A stretch of DNA of 64,000 bases from Mustelus asterias (taxonomy: Eukaryota), in NCBI RefSeq assembly GCF_964213995.1, contig NC_135808.1, forward strand, positions 21,638,001-21,702,000, in the 5' to 3' direction. Below are positions 57,535 through 64,000 of this stretch, in pieces. A program made the position numbers and the translations under genes. The notes beneath the pieces are model-generated. The model made no database searches and was not told the origin of the DNA. It was given only the letters and a program-made list of their open reading frames with translations. Position 1 is the first letter of the stretch; the number at the start of each line of letters is the position of its first letter.

Positions 57535-58510
57535 TGGATGTGATGTAGTGAAGTTGAGCAAGTGGGCAAACACGTGGCAGTTGTAGTTTAACGTTGATTG
57601 GTGTGAAGTTGTCCACTGCTGCAGGTAAAACAGAATGGTGAAGGATTATTGAAATGGTGATATATTGGGAAATGTAGATGTGCAAAATGGACCTGTACCT
57701 CCTTGGACATCAGTCATTGAAAGCAAGCGTGCAGGTACAGCAAGCAGTGAGGAAGGCAAATGGTATTGTGGCCTTCACTGCAAAAGGATTTCAGTACAGG
57801 AGCAAAGAAGCCTTACTGCAGCTGTACAGCACCTTGGTGAGGTCACATCTGGAGGATTTTGTGTTGTTTTGGTCTTCTTATCTAAGAAAATGTATACTTT
57901 CCATGGGGAGAGTGCAGTGAAGGTTCACCAGACTGATTCCTGGGATGGCGGAATAGTGGTCTGAGGAGAGATTGGGTCGACTGGGCCTGTATTAACCAAA
58001 GTTTAAAAGAATGAGGGGGACCTCACTGAAATATATAAAATCTTGACAGGGCTCCACATAATGGATGCAGGGATGATGTTTCCTCTGGCTGAGGTTGGGG
58101 GGAAGAGGTCTAGAACAAGGGGTCACCATCTCAACATCGGCGACTGGCCATTTAGGACTGAGATGGGGAGAAACTTGTTCGATTCAGGTTGGGGCTTGAT
58201 CGGGTAGATACTGAAAGATTCTGTTGGTCAGGAATAATATATGAAGGCACAGCCTCAGGATGAGGGGTCAATCATTTAAAATGAGGAGAAATTTCTTCAC
58301 TCAAAGGCTTGTGAATCTTTGGGATTCTGTACCCCAGAGAATTGTGGATGTTTCATCACTGAATATATTGAAGATAGACAGATTTGTGATGTCTCAGGGA
58401 AAGGAGGTTTACAGAGAGTAGGCCTGAAAGTGGAGATGAAGCAGAAAATCAGCTATGATTGTGTTGAATGATAGGCTGAATGGTCTGTTCCTGCTGTTAT
58501 CTCTCATGTA
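57535..58510 (+). mobile_element. Degraded CR1 3' fragments
   Basis: QVQQAVRKANG..LLQLYSTLVRSHLE; CR1 3' UTR-like end. Confidence 0.75.
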
Positions 58511-58567
58511 TTTTACTGACTGAGGGTTAATGTCTAACCCCGGCACTCCCTTCTCACACGCCATCAC

Positions 58568-58622
58568 CTGCTGAAAACACTGCACCCAGAAGGACCAGCG
58601 CTATCAGTACCTCTGTGAGCCT
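58568..58622 (-). pseudogene. Putative MHC class I leader exon lacking an ATG
   Basis: (AGG)LTEVLIALVLLGAVFSA then G|GTGAT phase-1 donor; splices in frame to give SA-GSHSLRYF. Confidence 0.65.
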
Positions 58623-58855
58623 CTCCCTCTCAGTGTGTGAGCTGTGTCCTGTACTGATACTGTCCCTCTCAGCGTGTGAGCTGTGTCCTGTACTGATACT
58701 GTCCCTCTCAGTCTGTGAGCTGTGTCCTGTACTGATCCTGTCCCTCTCAGTGTGTGAGCTGTGTCCTGTACTGATACTGTCCCTCTCAGTGTGTGAGCTG
58801 TGTCCTGTACTGATACTGTCCCTCTCAGTGTCTGAGCTTTGCCCTACACTGATAT
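58615..58855. repeat. 39-bp minisatellite, about 6 copies
   Basis: Unit GTGTGTGAGCTGTGTCCTGTACTGATACTGTCCCTCTCA. Confidence 0.93.
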
Positions 58856-59326
58856 TAAACCTTGTACTATTGAAGCAATCACGATAACAATAGGTCTCAG
58901 CTTGCCGAGCCTTGTTTGAGAAATTTACTGTGTTTGTAAAGCAATGAATCGATTTGAAAAAGTTAATCACTAATGAGGCAGAGTTAAATTGAAAGGTAAA
59001 ATGGTGCACAAAGAAACAGTGTTCAGAGATTTGATGCTTGGATCAGAGTAGGGAAATTGGAATGTTTGGGAGAAAGTCGACAGGAAGAAACAAATAGTGA
59101 GAGATCACGGAGATGTGAGACCAAAGATTAGATTATTGAATCAGGATGAAGAAATGGATCTCGCTGCTTTTCAGAAATGGGCTGTTGATGTCTGGTTGGT
59201 GGAATATCAGAAGCAGGTTAGAAAAAAGAAATTTAAAAAAACTCACAGTAAAGTTTAAAATACTGTGTGAACAACCGGGTTGTTTCTGTTCAGAGATATC
59301 CTGATTTGTAAACAAACAAATTTGGG

Positions 59327-59995
59327 TGGCACGGTAGCACAGTGATTAGCACTGCTGCTTCACAGCTCCAGGGACCAGGGTCCGAATCCCGGCTTGGGTC
59401 ACTGTCAGTGTGGAGTTTGCACATTCTCCCTGTGTCTGCATGGGTTTCCTCCCACAGTCCAAAGATCATAGAAATCATAGAAATCATAGAAACCCTACAG
59501 TGCAGAAGGAGGCCAGTCGGCCCATCGAGTCTGCACCGACCACAATCCCACCCAGGCCCTACCCCCACATATTTACCCACTAATCCCTCTAACCTACACA
59601 TTTTTTTTTTAGGATTCTAAGGGGCAATTTTTAACCTGGCCAATCAACCTAACCCGCACATCTTTGGACTGTGGGAGGAAACCGGAGCACCCGGAGGAAA
59701 CCCACGCAGACACGAGGAGAATGTGCAAACTCCACACAGACAGTGACCCGAGCCGGGAATCGAACCCGGGACCCTGGAGCTGTGAAGCAGCAGTGCTAAC
59801 CACTGTGCTACTGTGCCGCGATGTGTGGGCTAGGTTGATTGGCCATTCTAAATTGCTCTGAGTGTCCCGGGATGCATAGGTTAGATAGATTAGTGGGTAA
59901 CTATGTGGGGATATGGGGATAGGGCCTGGGTGGGATTGTGGTTGGTGCAGACTCGATGGGCCGAATGGGCTCTTTCTGCACTGTCGGATTCTATG
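59327..59995. mobile_element. HE1/V-SINE (+) with an antisense HE1/V-SINE (about 59464-59818) nested inside
   Basis: Outer copy breaks at CAGTCCAAAGAT and resumes GATGTGTGGGCTAGGTTG. Confidence 0.85.
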
Positions 59996-60087
59996 AGATT
60001 AATAAAACTGTTCATTTTACTTTATGAATATTTCTCCGTTCTGTGCACAGATCTCAAGGATGTGAAGCAACCTGTGTCCATGTGGGT

Positions 60088-61005
60088 GACACGGTGGCAC
60101 AGTGGTTAGCACTGCTGCCTCACAGCGCCAGGGACCCGGGTTCAATTCCGGCCTTGGCTGACTGTCTGTGTGGAGTTTGGATAAGATGCTCTTTCGGAGA
60201 GTCAGCACGGAGGTGATGGGCTAAACAGCCTCCTTCTGCACTGTAGGAATTCTATGGATTCTATGAGATGCAACAGGTGAACAAAACTCAGGCTTAGGCT
60301 GATAAGTGGAAGATTACATTCACACCCACAAGTGCCAGGCAATGGCCATCTCTTACAAGAGAGAATCGAACTATCTTCCCTTGACAATTGGAATCACAGA
60401 ATTGTTATGGTGCAGAAAGAGGCCATTTGGCCCATCGTGTCTGTACTGGCTCTCCAAACGAACATTGTTACTTAGTGCCTTTTAAACTTTTAAGTCTCTG
60501 TGATTCAACCAGCACTGAATCCCCTACTATGAACATCCTGGGGATTCCAATTGACCAGAAACTGAACTGGACCAGCCACATAAACACTGTCGCTACAACA
60601 GTGGTTAGTGGCTGGGAATTTTGTGGATAGTTTAAATTTTAAGTTTATGTTTTCGTGTCACAAGTAGGCTTCCATTAACACTGTAATGACGTTACTGTGA
60701 AAGTCCTCCAGTCGCCACACTCCAGCGTCTGTTCGGGGACACTGAGGGAGAATATAGCATGGCCAGTGCATCCAACCAGCACGTCTTTCAGACTGTAGGA
60801 GGGAACCAGAGCTCCCGGAAGAATCTCATGCAGATACGGGGAGAACGTGCAGACTCCGAACAAACAGTGACCCAAGCAAGGAATCGAACCCAGCTCCCTG
60901 GCGTTATGCCGCCAACCCCAGTAACTCTTATGCAAAATGATCTTCTGGAGGATTGGTGCAAGTGGTGCAGACTCGATGGGCCGAATGGCCTCCTTCTGCA
61001 CTGTG
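60088..61005. mobile_element. Cluster of SINE and LINE fragments (V-SINE + 60088-60265, tail-B V-SINE - about 60635-60902)
   Basis: Family heads and tails, with L2-like IDQKLNWTSHINTV fragment between. Confidence 0.7.
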
Positions 61006-62394
61006 GGGTTGAGTTGTGTTGAGAAAACCAATAAAGAGAGACGGGGGGGAGGGGAAGGCGCGGTTGTTGATGTTCTGTGAATTCCATGTAGAAGTTGGAA
61101 GATTCTGGGTGAAGTGAGGCAGTTTGATGCTGTTGTCCGGATTGTAACCGCGGGGAGACAGACCTGGGGTAATGCCATTGAGATGATGGAAAATGAGCTG
61201 CGGGAGTGACTGTTGTCGGAAAGAAAGTTAAAATAAGTTTCAAATCAAAACCATGACTGAAGCGGATCCTCGGCTTCCGGGTGGGAGAAATTAAACCGGA
61301 ATATTCCAGTGAAATAGAAATTAGAGTGAGTGAAAGGAAATTCAGATTGTGTCCCCAGAATTGAGAAAATAAAATAAGTTTTACTTTTCAAGTTGAATAA
61401 GTTTGTACAAGTTTTGGAATTGAAACACACTCTGTTGGAAACTCCGCCCTCTGTTGTTTCAATGTAACAATCTTCAATATTTCCTTTTCTGTTATTTGTG
61501 AAACGCGGTTTTCCCTTAATTTCAACAACAGACATCAGTGAAGAAAGAAGATGTGATGGAATTTATTTTATCCCCTTTTAAAAGACACGTTTTTAATGTT
61601 GAGAAGATCCAGAGTGAAACTTGAAGTGATGTGAGAAAGAATTGTGTGGACAGATGTGTGTGTGTAAATGTCCTGTTAGTGAATGAGGAAAGGCTGTGTG
61701 AATGCTCTGTGTTGCTGTTCCTTCAGACCGGCTCCAACTCTGATGGGTTTTCCTGAAAATGGTGAGGTCTAAAGGCGAAATAACAGTTAAAAGTTTTGAA
61801 ACTGGAAACTTGTTACCGGCTACAATGAAACTCAATTGAAACTGGTGAAACATGTGGGATTTCTAATCCAGATACAAATTCACATCTGTCAGAGTGGAGT
61901 CATTTTTTAAGCTTTGAAGGTCAAATTTCGAATTGAGGAGCGGAATTTAAGGTGATTGTTTGTGGATTATTCTTGTGTTTAAAATCTCCACGAAAAAGTC
62001 ACCCTGGGGAACAATTGGGACTTTATCTTCTGATCTATTTTGCTCCAAGGTTTTTATTCGGAAATATCCAGTTTGAAATGGTGAACCCACAAGACTTGAA
62101 GAAATATCTTTGTTCTGCTGAAACCGCCATTACTCTGAGAACATTGTAACCCAGTCTCTTTCTGAAATCGCAGTGACAGTGAATTCCTTCACCGAACGTG
62201 TTTTAATTTAGAATTAACCCATTCAGCTCCGAGCAGAATAAATCTTTTGCATTGGTTTTATGAAAACACACACCTGCACAGGAGACAATTGTGTCCAGTA
62301 CTGCAAAGTGTAACAATATTCCCAACAGCTATAAGTATTTGGAAACTTATCTGCAGATACCAATTTGATACAAAGGATCCAATAGTTCAAAGAT

Positions 62395-63589
62395 GTTTAT
62401 TATTTCCCGAGACTGGATCCACCACAGTTCGCGTACCGCCGCAACAGGTCCACAGCAGACACCATCTCCCGGGCCCTGCACTCAATCCTGGAACACTTCG
62501 ATAACAAATACACCTATATCAGACTCCTATTTATTGACAATAGCTCAGCCTTCAACACCATTATTCCTACGAAACTCATCTCCAAACTCCATGGTCTGGG
62601 CCTCAGTTCCTACGACTTGATCCTGAACTTCCGAACCCAGAGACCACAATCAGTAAGGATAGGCAACAACACCTCCTCCACAATCAACCTCAAAACCGGT
62701 GTCCCACAAGGCTGTGTCCTTGGCCCCCTTCCCCTCCAACTCGATTTTCAAGTTTGCTGACGATACCACCGTAGTGGGTCAGATCTCAAACAATGATGAG
62801 ACAGAGGTCAGGAATGAGATAGAGAATCTGGTGAACTGGTGCAGCAACAATAATCTCTCCCTCAATGTCAACAACATGAAGGAGATTGTCATCGACTTCA
62901 GGAAGCGTAAAGGAGAACATGCCCTTGTCTACATCAACAGGGACAATGTAGAATGGGTTGAGGGCTTCAGGTTTTTAGGTATCCAGGTCACCAACAACCT
63001 GTCTTAATCCCCCCCATGCCAATAATATCGTGTAGAAAGCCCACCATCATCTCTGCTTTCTCAGAAGTCTAAGGAAATTTGGCATGTCAGCTATAACTCT
63101 CAGCAACTTTTATAGATGCACCATAGAAAGCATTCTTTCTGGCTGTACCACAGCTCGGTATGGTTCCTGCTCTGTCCAAGACAGCAGGAGTGAATGCAGC
63201 CCAATCCATCACGCAAACCAGCCTCCCATGCATTGACTCTGTCTACACTTCCTGCTGCCTTAACAAAGCAGCCAGCATAATTAAGGGCCCCACGCACCCC
63301 GGACATTCTCTCTTCCTTCTTCATCCATCGGGAAAAAGATACAAAAGTCTGAGGTCATGCACCAACCAACAGAAGAACAGCTTCTTTCCTGCTGCCAGCA
63401 GGCTTTTGAATGGACCTATCTTGCACTAAGTTGATCTTTCTCGACACCCTAGTTATGACTGTAACAGTACATTCTACACTCTCTTGTTTCCTTCGCCACG
63501 AACGGTATGCTTTGTCTGTATAGCGCGCAAGAAACAATACTTTGCATTGTATGTAAATACATGTGACAATAATAAATCAAATCAAATCA
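62395..63589 (+). mobile_element. Degraded Rex1/Babar-like LINE (RT to 3' end)
   Basis: [51 protein letters not shown]; tail TGTGACAATAATAAATCAAATCAAATCA. Confidence 0.85.
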
Positions 63590-64000
63590 GAGTGCCTGGG
63601 AATGTGAGACCTGACATAAACACACTAACCAATGACTCGCAGACATTAAGCAAACATAAAGAAAGGGCAGAAGAAATTGGAATTCATGAATTTAATACAT
63701 ATGAATTAAAACTTTAAATGCAAAAGGAGAAACTCCCTGGGAATTAAAATACACTTTTGTTCCTTTCTCGGAATGTGAAGAAATAAACTATACATGGGGC
63801 TATCAGGATTTGAGATGATTTGGAGAATATCAGTGTAATTTAATCGTCTGCTTAAGTAATGAGATGTCACCAAAGATATGGGGGGAAGGGGGAAATCAGG
63901 ATGTTGATGATCAGCCACGATCAAAATGAAAGGCAGAGCAGGCGCAAAGGGCCGAATGGCCTACTCCTGCTTTTAGTTTCGATAAGGAGCAAACATGTTC

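Noticed and set aside
58554-59009. 151-aa ORF with ERDSISTGHSSHT repeats as a standalone gene
   Set aside because: GTG start and minisatellite translation; only the last ~19 codons look like a real exon

Overview
Repeat-dense vertebrate genomic DNA, almost certainly from a cartilaginous fish (shark), judged by HE1/V-type tRNA SINEs, abundant CR1, L2-like, Rex1/Babar, Tx1 and Penelope elements and a shark-type MHC class I gene. Host genes: (1) two divergently oriented two-exon class A GPCR genes of the GPR139/GPR142-like type, one cut by a CR1 insertion (- strand, 4951-681) and one apparently intact (+ strand, 26272-33297, 325 aa); (2) an MHC class I heavy-chain gene on the - strand (putative leader 58622-58568, alpha1 42289-42029, alpha2 41831-41560, alpha3 41388-41125) whose stops, frameshift and dead splice acceptor all fall in alpha2, and for which no transmembrane exon was found. 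Most notable observations: an intact Gypsy element with identical 294-bp LTRs that has no tRNA primer-binding site but a perfect 14-nt complement to its own LTR (candidate self-priming) and a YLDN RT motif; a ~294-bp retroposed element built from two U2 snRNA 5' modules with a 17-bp target-site duplication (candidate U2-derived SINE); several minimal hammerhead-ribozyme motifs with covarying stems in Penelope-derived fold-back elements; and a possible alpha2-skipped, secreted class I product. Family names come from motif recognition only, no searches were run, and boundaries of old repeats are approximate.
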